From: a virus
Lineage: Duplodnaviria > Caudoviricetes
IMG/VR virus record: IMGVR_UViG_3300038393_000298
Location: 1 to 26,472 of that record
Direction: 5' to 3' (one strand)
DNA: 26,472 bases
A model generated the notes under the pieces. The model did not search any database, was not told the DNA's origin, and saw only the letters and a program-made list of their open reading frames with translations. The translations under genes were made by a program, and so were the position numbers. Below are positions 1 to 8,787 of the stretch, piece after piece. How positions within the stretch are numbered: position 1 is the first letter of the stretch; each line of letters opens with the position of its first letter.

Positions 1-2
1 GA

Positions 3-3000
3 ACGTATACAAGAGAGATCGAAGGTAAGGTAAACACTAACACAACCGATATCGCTGCTATGAAGCTAGTGGATACCGCCATCAACACCGCACAAGCGAA
101 CATCCAACGCACTCTCACGCATAGCGGGGTTGTGGATTATAAATCAACAATTAACACCAATGGTTCAACAACATTGGGCGATATATCGGTATTTACAACC
201 GGAACTTGGTTAAATCGTTTCAAACTAGGAAAGACAAATTCATTTCTAAACGGATTCAAGGCACTAATCCAAGATACCAACAATAGCGATAGTGGGATAT
301 TTGTTGACCTTCCAGCACCACCAACCTTCGGCACCCGTGACGACCTCGTATTCCTAGAGGGCTATTTCCCTGCCAACGGTAATGGCGTGGATATGTCGTG
401 GAGGATCAGGACGGTTGCATGGGTGGATTTTGGGACTTACCAAGACGGAATGACACTTACTAATGGTGGTGCAATTGGTAAGTTCTATGTCGTAACTGCA
501 CAAGGAGGAAACGCAAGTCCAATAGCAACAAATGATACTAATATCGTTTGGAGTTATTTCAGATCAGCCAGCGTAGCATTAGGATTAACTGATTCTGGAC
601 TCTATGTTTGCGGTGACGGATCTAGTTCAGCAAAAACAACACTTAACACCCTTGACGGTTATTCCTACGCCATCCCATTATTCCGCATCAAACGCAGAAA
701 CAGCGGAGGATGGAATAAAAATACCAATTTATCGGGTGCTAGGGATTATGCTCAGTATTTTGGTTTGGGTGGTCAAGCTAATTTAACCACACAGGACATT
801 CAGAACAACGGAAAAACATTGGCACAAGTACAATCGGATTTTGTTGGGAAGACAGTTGATTTAAATGGAGCTTACGGTGATGGAAGTCCATATACGGTTA
901 TTAGTGCTGCAACATCTTCACAAGGTTCGCAATACACAACACTTACATTTGATAGGGCTGTTAAAACTGCATTTACTACAAGTACAACCGTAACGGTTAA
1001 ATCAGACCGTCCCGACTCTCTCTATTCCAACATCATCGATGCATCCGACATCATCGACCTTCGCCACCTTGCACGTTCATCCTACAATCTTCAATCGTTA
1101 CTCGAAGAAACATTGGATAAAGCCGAACGTGGTGAGTTGACTACGAAGGACACGAAAACAGCGTATAAAGAGCATTACAACTTGCAGAAAGCACCATTGG
1201 GATTGGCTCAGGATTTGCAGAGTGTGAACGTGAAGCGAGCAGATGGAACGGTTGTGGCTCTGAAGAATCTGTTGGGGATGATCGGTAATTGTGAGGATGC
1301 AAGTAAATTCTCAACAGCAGGGGTAACAGTTGCTTTAGATTCCAACATTAAAAAATACGGAAATAACTCTATTGCTTCCACTTCTACCGTTAGTGCTACT
1401 TCAGTGCAAACGAGATTTCCTGTTATTTCTATAGATCCATCTAAATACTATATTGTCGTAGCGGATATTTACAATTCAAATATGACAAGCACATTTTTAA
1501 AAGCATTGAGTGGAGATGGTGCAACTACTTTTAAAACAGAGTCCGCTATCACTACAACAGGTTCTTGGGTGACTCATTATATTAAACTTGCACCATCTGA
1601 TTTAACAGGACAAACAAGCATTAGACTTGATTCAGATGGCGTCGTTTCCGCAGTAGGACAAAAAATGAATACAGACGGAGCGAGAATCTACGAAATCGAC
1701 AGTACCACATACAACCTGATCGATGTAGATGCAAACTGGACAGGTGGCGATAAAATTTCCATTTTATTCCCTTATGTGGATTCGCCTGTGAACTTTGTGG
1801 AGAATTTGGTTCCTGATTTTGCTAGTGGTCAATGGACTTTAGGTGCAGGAGCGTCCATAGATTCGCCTTACAAATTAAAACATGCTGGAGGTTATACTTC
1901 TTCTGTAACAATCCCAGTTGTTGCAAGTGCCAAATATACAGTTTCAAGAGATACTGATCTTGCTAGTGGTTCAAATGCGAAGTTGGTTTTAACTTGGTTA
2001 GATTCCAGTGGTGCAACAATCTCAACAGAAGCTAACTATTGGGGAAATGACGTTTCTGGTAAAACATTCACTGCTCCGGCTAATGCAACTAAGTTGAAAA
2101 TTGAATGGACTACGATAAATAGCGGAACGTACACTCTAAGTAACTTGCAAATCGAACAAACATCTACTGCCAACACATTCGTCCCATTCGGCAGATACTA
2201 CATCCCTTACGATTACGCTGTCGGCACATCCAAAAACTACATCACAGAATCGTTCAACTCGCACAGACAGACGTTCTCGGATGCTCAGATTAGCGAGACT
2301 GTGACGGATCGAGTAGAAGCCTTGATGACACCGCAGAAGCATGTGACGGTGACTCAGGCTACAGCAGGGACTTGGGCTGTCAATGATACGATTAAGTTTA
2401 CATCGTACAATGGGGTAATTAGCGGGGTTATTGATAGTGATACGCAGTTTGCAACTATTAGTGTAGGTAATTCAGATAGCACACTCGTAGTAAGTGACGT
2501 TAGCAAACTAAGTGTAAATGACGTTGTCAACGTTATACTTAATGACTTGTCAGTTGGATGGTCTAGTTTAACCGTAACTGCAATTGATACCACGAACAGT
2601 AAGATAACATTAAGCGGAAGCAATAACTTTAATGTATCTAAGATTGTAGGAGGTTTTGTGGTCGAAACCACCACATCATCCTCACTCCCAACCGTAACAG
2701 CCACAGGCATAGTAGGAACATGGAGTGGACTTGGAACCAAAACAGCAACGTACACGATCACGACACCGCCAACTTCGAATCAAAGTGACATTTTATTCAA
2801 ATATAGTGTCAACTATCCGTTTGGCAAAGGACTCGCAAACTTGCCTGTCAACGTGGATTTGGTGGAAGTGAATGGGCAGAGACATGTGAGTGGTCAGACG
2901 GTAAGTGTTAAGGCGAATTTTGATGGTAAAACGGCTGGATCAACTGATTTGATTCCTCACACTGCTAAATTCAATAACAACTCAACATCGTTAGTTTCTC

Positions 3001-5267
3001 CTAGTGGTTCATGGACTGAATTTGGATCGGGTTATTCCACAATATCAGCACTAGATTCTAGTACAACAAATATTGCTTCTACTCTTGTCAGCGGTAACTA
3101 TGGTCAAGTATTATTCTCCTTCGACTTAATCCGAGCCATCGAGGACAAGTTCGGAGAAACCGCATTTGTGGGATGCTTGACTACTGCGGATAAGGTGGCG
3201 TGGCTTAAGAATAGTGCGAATGTGAGTGATATTTCAATTAGTTGGTATGGTTATGGCTCTGCTCCAAGTGGTGGTTCTTTAACTAACAAGGCGTATCTGA
3301 AGAGTTGGGCAAACGATACTACTAACTGGAATGGGAGTGCTACCCACAATAGTGCATCTGTCACATCCTTAACTATGTCAGGTGCTAATTATTATGGTGG
3401 TGCGTCATTTGCAAATAGAATGATTGACACTAACGGAATGATTTTCTTCCTTGCCTACGCAGATCCTAGTGATGGAGTAACCGCTTCGACCTTGTTCACC
3501 GATTATGTAGAGCTGTCAGTCACTCTAGCTACAGCAGAAACAGGCTACACCGTGTTCCAACCTGAGCAGCAAATGCCTGTTTTATCGGAGAATATGTTGA
3601 CAGCGAATCAAGCGTTTCCTGTGGATGTGAGTGGTTTTAGTGTAATTGGTTCATCTGTTTTATCTATAGATTCGCTAGGTGTACTAAAGGCAGATGCTTC
3701 TGCTAAGGGCGGTGCTGATGGATCAAGATGGGGTTTAACGCTTGATAACAGCACAGGAAAAGCAAGCTATCACACTTTCTCTGGTGAGTTTAAAGGGGTT
3801 GCAGGGAAATCGTATAGAATTTTCTTCTATGACGGAACAACAATCACTTATTTAATTAGTACATTAACAGCGACAGGAAATTGGCAAACGATTAATGCTT
3901 CCGCTATTCGAGCAAACACTAATCAATATATCCGTATTGACGACAACGGAGCAACTGGAGATACCACTTTCTATCTGCGTAAATTGAAATTAGAAGCAGG
4001 AAATAACCCTAATCCTACTTTTAGTGCAGGACGCAATAAAAAGAAAATTTTAACTGGATTGGGCAAACGTGCAGGAAGTATGACGGAGAATCCGATTCGT
4101 ATTTACTACAAATACGCTTCGACTTTCGATGCACCAAGCACATTCACGCAAGAGATCGATCAAGCTGGATATGATAGTTTAAGCAAGCAGGATGGCGTGT
4201 TGTATTCAAGGACAACCAGCACAGCAGGGCAATACGCTCAGATGTTGATTGAATATGATCCTAATAGCAATATGAGTTTGAAAGAGTTTAAAGCGATGTT
4301 GCGAAATCTGACCGCATCCGCAACGTTGTACGGTCAGGGGGATAATGCAGGAGTGTTGGCGAATGGGGCAACGACGAAATGGTGGGTCAACTCAACGTCA
4401 ACATGGACAGGTGGAACAGGTTCGTATAATAATACTTCAAGTTCTCCGTCTACAATCACAGTTACGGATGCAGGAGCAGGAAATGTAAATTACATCACGA
4501 AAGATCAAAAAATTTACATCCTAGTTCACAGCACATACCCTGCATCAGCAAGCAACGCAAGCTCACTTTTCGTGGATTACTGCAATTTGACGGTTTCTCT
4601 CAGCGACCAAGTGGATTTCGTTAAATCGAACATTTTAAAAGTAAATCCACAAACGAAAGAAATTAAGACGATGTTCCCTGCTATCTCTTATCGTTCGATT
4701 GGAAACGGTGGGGGAGTGGATCGGGTATCGTTGTATTATCGTTATGTCCCATGGCAGGGGGATAACACGCTAGTTCCTGACGCCATTGTTAAACGTCCAG
4801 ATTGGATGTACATCACATCTGAAGCATCCGGGAAAGCAGAAACGTTCTCAGGTGTCAACTATGATAAGTATAAGAACGTCATCAATAAGCTATTCGGTTC
4901 CTTGTACAGCGGAGGAGATTACACAGGACAGCGGTTAAGCACATCGGTTCCACAGGCGAATGAGAGCGTGACCCCATCGATTATGAGGGTGCCATTATCA
5001 ACTGGCTTAGAAGGAACCACATCGAGCTTTAAAGATGCCAAGACTGCATTATTAGATAGCGGAAGTGTCGCTTACCTAGTGACAGATCCAACGTTGATCA
5101 GCAGCGGTAAATTCGTGAACTTTGTGCCATTCTTAGTGTTGAAAAATAGCGAGGTCTATCTGGCGATTAAACACCGTACTTCTTCACTGGTGGCTGAAGC
5201 TGGTCAAGTGGGAAGTCAGGCAGTGTTGTTCAGAATCGACGGAAGACCGTTGGCAAAGGGGTTGTAA
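3..5267 (+). CDS. Large modular phage tail fibre / receptor-binding protein (5'-truncated by window edge)
   Basis: Frame is open from base 3 (TYTREIEGKVNTNTTDIAA) into the 1735-aa ORF at 60, so the true start lies upstream. Ser/Thr/Gly-rich beta composition, three 'xNLL/NLV/NML...' CBM-like jelly-roll modules and a duplicated ~190-aa domain. Followed by a tail chaperone-like gene and tail/lysis genes. Confidence 0.8.
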   Translation, partial: TYTREIEGKVNTNTTDIAAMKLVDTAINTAQANIQRTLTHSGVVDYKSTINTNGSTTLGDISVFTTGTWLNRFKLGKTNSFLNGFKALIQDTNNSDSGIFVDLPAPPTFGTRDDLVFLEGYFPANGNGVDMSWRIRTVAWVDFGTYQDGMTLTNGGAIGKFYVVTAQGGNASPIATNDTNIVWSYFRSASVALGLTDSGLYVCGDGSSSAKTTLNTLDGYSYAIPLFRIKRRNSGGWNKNTNLSGARDYAQYFGLGGQANLTTQDIQNNGKTLAQVQSDFVGKTVDLNGAYGDGSPYTVISAATSSQGSQYTTLTFDRAVKTAFTTSTTVTVKSDRPDSLYSNIIDASDIIDLRHLARSSYNLQSLLEETLDKAERGELTTKDTKTAYKEHYNLQKAPLGLAQDLQSVNVKRADGTVVALKNLLGMIGNCEDASKFSTAGVTVALDSNIKKYGNNSIASTSTVSATSVQTRFPVISIDPSKYYIVVADIYNSNMTSTFLKALSGDGATTFKTESAITTTGSWVTHYIKLAPSDLTGQTSIRLDSDGVVSAVGQKMNTDGARIYEIDSTTYNLIDVDANWTGGDKISILFPYVDSPVNFVENLVPDFASGQWTLGAGASIDSPYKLKHAGGYTSSVTIPVVASAKYTVSRDTDLASGSNAKLVLTWLDSSGATISTEANYWGNDVSGKTFTAPANATKLKIEWTTINSGTYTLSNLQIEQTSTANTFVPFGRYYIPYDYAVGTSKNYITESFNSHRQTFSDAQISETVTDRVEALMTPQKHVTVTQATAGTWAVNDTIKFTSYNGVISGVIDSDTQFATISVGNSDSTLVVSDVSKLSVNDVVNVILNDLSVGWSSLTVTAIDTTNSKITLSGSNNFNVSKIVGGFVVETTTSSSLPTVTATGIVGTWSGLGTKTATYTITTPPTSNQSDILFKYSVNYPFGKGLANLPVNVDLVEVNGQRHVSGQTVSVKANFDGKTAGSTDLIPHTAKFNNNSTSLVSPSGSWTEFGSGYSTISALDSSTTNIASTLVSGNYGQVLFSFDLIRAIEDKFGETAFVGCLTTADKVAWLKNSANVSDISISWYGYGSAPSGGSLTNKAYLKSWANDTTNWNGSATHNSASVTSLTMSGANYYGGASFANRMIDTNGMIFFLAYADPSDGVTASTLFTDYVELSVTLATAETGYTVFQPEQQMPVLSENMLTANQAFPVDVSGFSVIGSSVLSIDSLGVLKADASAKGGADGSRWGLTLDNSTGKASYHTFSGEFKGVAGKSYRIFFYDGTTITYLISTLTATGNWQTINASAIRANTNQYIRIDDNGATGDTTFYLRKLKLEAGNNPNPTFSAGRNKKKILTGLGKRAGSMTENPIRIYYKYASTFDAPSTFTQEIDQAGYDSLSKQDGVLYSRTTSTAGQYAQMLIEYDPNSNMSLKEFKAMLRNLTASATLYGQGDNAGVLANGATTKWWVNSTSTWTGGTGSYNNTSSSPSTITVTDAGAGNVNYITKDQKIYILVHSTYPASASNASSLFVDYCNLTVSLSDQVDFVKSNILKVNPQTKEIKTMFPAISYRSIGNGGGVDRVSLYYRYVPWQGDNTLVPDAIVKRPDWMYITSEASGKAETFSGVNYDKYKNVINKLFGSLYSGGDYTGQRLSTSVPQANESVTPSIMRVPLSTGLEGTTSSFKDAKTALLDSGSVAYLVTDPTLISSGKFVNFVPFLVLKNSEVYLAIKHRTSSLVAEAGQVGSQAVLFRIDGRPLAKGL

Positions 5268-5268
5268 C

Positions 5269-6225
5269 ATGAATATCATCATTGATCGTAATACAATGAA
5301 AGTGGCGGGCTTCGGCTCGCCTTCTTCTTTTCAATTCGAAGTAGCCAACGTAGAAAACATCAGCAAAGAAATCGTAGTCACGGAGCAAGTTCCGAAGACA
5401 ATCGACGGTAAAGTGTTGTACAGATTACCGCAGCCTGACAAAGAGATCGTGACGCCTGTTACTAGAACCGTAGAAACTATCGAAGAAAATGACCGTCCTA
5501 TCATCGTTAAAGAATCGAAGAAAGTCCCGCTACTCGACGCAAAAGGAAAACAAGTTACGTATCAGCCTATGGTATTCGACGAGGATGCGCAAGCGCAAAT
5601 TCCTAGCGGTAATCCTATCGCTTGCTTTACAACGGAAGAAGTTGACGTACACAAGACGGACAGCGAAGGTAATACGCTTTATTGGGTCGAGATAACAGAT
5701 GATGTTACCACATATGAACCGCAAGATGACGCAGAGATTACGGATGAGGATCCGAATTGGACGGAAGACCTCGAAGTTATCCTGGAAGATATTGACGTAG
5801 AAAAGACCGTTACTCTACTCGATTCTCCGAAAAGTTTCGATTATGAAGAAGTCGAACCGTCTCTTTCCACTCTACGTAAGATTAAGATCGCAGAGCTAAA
5901 CGTAGCTTGTAATAAAGCGATACTTAGCCGGTTTACATCGAATATCGACGGAGTGGATTACGAGTTTTCTTACGACCAGGAAGCGCAGAGTAACTTTAGC
6001 GGAGCCGGCCACGCATTTAGCAGAGGTTATACGACAGAGATCGAATGGACTGCACATAAAGACGGTGAAGATATTCGGATTATGCTAGATGCACAAAAAT
6101 TCGATGAAGTCGCTATCGCCGGTATGATTCATGTTAATTCGAATGTTACACGGTTCCGTAACGAGTTAATTCCGGCAGTAATGGGTGCTGCGACTGTATC
6201 CGAGATTATTTCGGTTGAGTGGTAG
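5269..6225 (+). CDS. Tail fibre-associated protein with C-terminal DUF4376-like domain (putative assembly chaperone)
   Basis: Starts 1 nt after the fibre stop. Acidic N-terminal part; C-terminus KIKIAELNVACNKAILSRF...YEFSYDQEAQSNF...IISVEW has the DUF4376-type pattern typical of genes next to tail fibres. Confidence 0.7.
   Translation: MNIIIDRNTMKVAGFGSPSSFQFEVANVENISKEIVVTEQVPKTIDGKVLYRLPQPDKEIVTPVTRTVETIEENDRPIIVKESKKVPLLDAKGKQVTYQPMVFDEDAQAQIPSGNPIACFTTEEVDVHKTDSEGNTLYWVEITDDVTTYEPQDDAEITDEDPNWTEDLEVILEDIDVEKTVTLLDSPKSFDYEEVEPSLSTLRKIKIAELNVACNKAILSRFTSNIDGVDYEFSYDQEAQSNFSGAGHAFSRGYTTEIEWTAHKDGEDIRIMLDAQKFDEVAIAGMIHVNSNVTRFRNELIPAVMGAATVSEIISVEW
5304..5331 (+). terminator. Intrinsic terminator-like hairpin inside the 5' end of the DUF4376-like gene
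   Basis: GGCGGGC-TTCG-GCTCGCC (cUUCGg tetraloop) followed by TTCTTCTTTT. Confidence 0.5.
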
Positions 6226-6227
6226 TG

Positions 6228-6440
6228 ATGAAGCAGTACGTATGGAGACTGCTAATCGCCATAGATCAACTGCTGAATACTTTATTTTTCGGAGATGAGG
6301 ACGAAACCATCTCGTCACGACTCGGTAAACGGATGCTAAAAGGAGATAAACTAGCAACGTTATTATGACGTTGTCTAAACTTGATCCAGGTGGATCACTG
6401 CGTTAAATCAATTGAGAAAGACGAAGGGGAGCCACTTTAG
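6228..6440 (+). CDS. Small phage protein (DQLxN...DETISSR family) with in-frame TGA at codon 47; candidate selenoprotein or recent nonsense pseudogene
   Basis: Absent from the ORF track. Manual translation: MKQYVWRLLIAIDQLLNTLFFGDEDETISSRLGKRMLKGDKLATLL*(TGA 6366-6368)RCLNLIQVDHCVKSIEKDEGEPL-TAG. The family-like C-terminus (DHCxKSIExDEG) continues past the TGA. The ORF fills the gap between the upstream stop (6225) and a terminator. Confidence 0.75.
6382..6397 (+). promoter_or_regulatory. Bacterial SECIS-like stem-loop
   Basis: TGATCC-AGGT-GGATCA perfect stem. The apical loop starts 19 nt after the in-frame TGA and has G in its second position followed by GU, resembling the AGGU loop of the E. 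coli fdhF SECIS. Confidence 0.55.
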
Positions 6441-6455
6441 GCTCCTTTTATTTTT
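6424..6455 (+). terminator. Rho-independent terminator
   Basis: AAGGGGAGCC-ACTTTA-GGCTCCTTTT followed by ATTTTT, overlapping the TAG of the small gene. Confidence 0.7.
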
Positions 6456-6473
6456 GGAAAGGAGGAGATACGT

Positions 6474-8669
6474 TTGAACTTTCCTATTGTATACGACAAG
6501 TTCGATACATCATACGTCGGATACGGTCTTGCAATATTAGACAATGCCAAAGACGTAAAAGTACGTGAGAAGTTAAACGGAGAGCATACGCTAGAGTTTA
6601 CGCTTCCTAGGGATGACGAAAAATGGTCCGAAGTACAAATCGATAACTTTGTCAAAGTTGACGAAAAGTTGTACATCATTCGCACATTGGACGAAGTACG
6701 AGATAATAATGGCCGCCTTCTATCTAACGTTCAGTGCGAAAGTATTATCTCGGAATTACTAGACGAGTATATCTCGTATTTTGAGCTAATCAACGTATCC
6801 GCTCAGTATGCGGTCGATACGTTTATCTCCGGAACTAGGTTTAAAGCCGACGCTACTAGAATAACGGTCAATAACGACATTGAAGTCGAAGACTGTACGC
6901 CAGTAGCTGCGATTAACAAAATGATTACAACGTGGAAATGCGAAGTGGAGTGTGCTGGACTTCCGGATGTTGATGGAAAAATTGAAATAACATTGCTTCC
7001 GCAGCGTGGGTCGGATAACGGAGTACAATTCCGCTATCGTAAGAATTTGAAGTCGATTAAGAAGACGTCAGACGGACGAGGAATCATTACACGCCTCTAT
7101 CCGATTGGTAAAGACGGTTTAGGTATAGAGTCCGTTAATAGCGGAGTTGCTTACTTGGACAGCGCCAGTATCGGAGCTTATCCACGTCCTAAGAAAGCTT
7201 CGAAGAAGTTTAACGACATTGACGATCCTACAGAGTTAAAGCAGGCAGGTATCGATTATCTTGCTACTGTAGATACACCAAAAGTCACGTATGATGTCGA
7301 TATTCTCGAGCTAAAAGCGTTGGCCGATTTTGGTTCAACAGAATCTTTCGATCTTGGCGACGTTATTCGAGTGATTGACGAAGAACTTGGAATCGATGTT
7401 GCCTGTCGCATCGTTGACTATGAGCGATACCCTTATGAGCCTACACGTTCAAAAGTTATACTCGCGAATTATCTAGATACTATCATCGATTACTTGGGAG
7501 AGTTAGAAGAGGCCAAGCGAGTGGTCGATTCTGTCACATACAAAAATAAAATTAATACGTACTGGCTCGACGGAGTTATTAACGTATTACAAAATAAGTT
7601 CAATTCTTCGCAATCCAATTGGTATACAGACGATAACGGAAATATTATTTTCGAAGCACAAGACGGATCTAGTGCGATGAAACTAGCCGGAGATGGCTTC
7701 GCTTTATCGAATGAAAAAGACGTCAGTGGTGCGTGGATTTGGCGTACTTTCGGAACGGGTTCAGGTATTACTGCAGACGAGATTAATGCCGGAATATTGA
7801 ACGCATCAGTCGTTAGGATATTGGCCGATATAGCCACTTCTATCGATGGTTCCGGGATTCATATTGCGAATGGAAATAGCGATCGGGTACGCATTGGTGA
7901 ATATTCGAGCGGTAAGTATGGAGTATTGGTTACGGACGGCACCGCTAACCAAGTCGAGTTAGGCGAGTATGAATCGGGCAAAGTCGGATTAAAAGCAGCT
8001 AATGGATCGTCTCGCGTAATTATAGACGGTACCAACGGGTTTAAGATTCAGAAGACAACGAACGGCGGAAGTACTTGGAGCGATCAGTTATATATCGACT
8101 CTAGCGGTACGATTCATTTAGTGGGCGGTGTTATTGACTGGAATAGTGTTAGTGCGCCAAGTGCTACACAGGTCGGAGCTTTATCTAGTGACTCGCCTAA
8201 GTTGACGTATATCGGCAGCGATGGTATTTACACCGGCACCCTAAGCGCGGATAGAATCAACGGTGGGACCATCAACGCAGACGTAATTAACGTTACGAAT
8301 ATCAATGCAGGAAATCTGAAAAACGGGACAACGCTTAACGGTCAACTTGTAAACATAACTAATTTAAACGCTAGTAATATTACATCCGGAACCATATCAG
8401 CGGATCGAATATCGACTAATATTTCGCAAGTAAATACACAACTACGATTAGGCTCTCCGGGACAAACGGGCCAGTCGATAATCATTAACGATAATTGTTC
8501 GATATCTAATGTGGGAGACGGTTTAAAAATTGGGACAATGGGAGCTATAACTTTCGCTGCTGGTAGCGGTGACGGTAACGTTCAGATTCTCGTAGGTCCG
8601 AGTACGTACTATACCGTAGCTACTCGGGAATGGGTGACTGCAAATGCAGGAACGGCTAAGTTCGGATAA
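6474..8669 (+). CDS. Phage tail spike / prophage tail endopeptidase-like (Prophage_tail/Tal) protein
   Basis: SD AAGGAGGAG and TTG start. Motifs GLAILDNA..VKVREKLNGEHTLEF, RYRKNLKSIKK, IITRLYPIGKDGL, DLGDVIRVIDEELGI, WIWRTFGTGSGITADEINAGILNA, plus C-terminal 'INAGxI / ISADRI' trimeric beta-helix repeats. Confidence 0.85.
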   Translation: MNFPIVYDKFDTSYVGYGLAILDNAKDVKVREKLNGEHTLEFTLPRDDEKWSEVQIDNFVKVDEKLYIIRTLDEVRDNNGRLLSNVQCESIISELLDEYISYFELINVSAQYAVDTFISGTRFKADATRITVNNDIEVEDCTPVAAINKMITTWKCEVECAGLPDVDGKIEITLLPQRGSDNGVQFRYRKNLKSIKKTSDGRGIITRLYPIGKDGLGIESVNSGVAYLDSASIGAYPRPKKASKKFNDIDDPTELKQAGIDYLATVDTPKVTYDVDILELKALADFGSTESFDLGDVIRVIDEELGIDVACRIVDYERYPYEPTRSKVILANYLDTIIDYLGELEEAKRVVDSVTYKNKINTYWLDGVINVLQNKFNSSQSNWYTDDNGNIIFEAQDGSSAMKLAGDGFALSNEKDVSGAWIWRTFGTGSGITADEINAGILNASVVRILADIATSIDGSGIHIANGNSDRVRIGEYSSGKYGVLVTDGTANQVELGEYESGKVGLKAANGSSRVIIDGTNGFKIQKTTNGGSTWSDQLYIDSSGTIHLVGGVIDWNSVSAPSATQVGALSSDSPKLTYIGSDGIYTGTLSADRINGGTINADVINVTNINAGNLKNGTTLNGQLVNITNLNASNITSGTISADRISTNISQVNTQLRLGSPGQTGQSIIINDNCSISNVGDGLKIGTMGAITFAAGSGDGNVQILVGPSTYYTVATREWVTANAGTAKFG

Positions 8670-8683
8670 AGGAGGGATGAAAA

Positions 8684-8785
8684 ATGAGTGATGAAACTCA
8701 ATGCGGCGCTGGCGGAGGCATCAGCGATAAACCTATGGAAATACTTGAAGCGGTAGTCGTTGAAGTAGAAAGTGACGGTGAATAG
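8684..8785 (+). CDS. Small acidic hypothetical protein (33 aa)
   Basis: SD AAAGGAGG upstream. MSDETQCGAGGGISDKPMEILEAVVVEVESDGE fills the gap and ends 2 nt before the next ATG. Confidence 0.55.
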   Translation: MSDETQCGAGGGISDKPMEILEAVVVEVESDGE

Positions 8786-8787
8786 TT

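Noticed and set aside
1-9. GAACGTATA at the window start matching part of the parS-like motif
   Set aside because: Only 9 bp, truncated by the window edge and inside a CDS; cannot be distinguished from chance.
4900-5331. Diversity-generating retroelement target at the fibre C-terminus (hairpin downstream)
   Set aside because: No reverse transcriptase and no template repeat differing at adenines were seen in the window; cannot be excluded for the rest of the genome.
6166-6357. Minus-strand 63-aa ORF covering the gap after the chaperone gene
   Set aside because: The plus-strand TGA-containing ORF has family motifs, operon orientation and a terminator; this ORF is its shadow.
6366-6368. Genome-wide TGA reassignment (alternative genetic code)
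   Set aside because: Long ORFs are intact under code 11, and TGA ends genes at 13066, 13728 and 16400, two of them with start-stop overlaps.
8200-8430. Short INAG/ISADRI peptide repeats in the tail spike
   Set aside because: Ordinary trimeric beta-helix repeats of Firmicute phage tail proteins.
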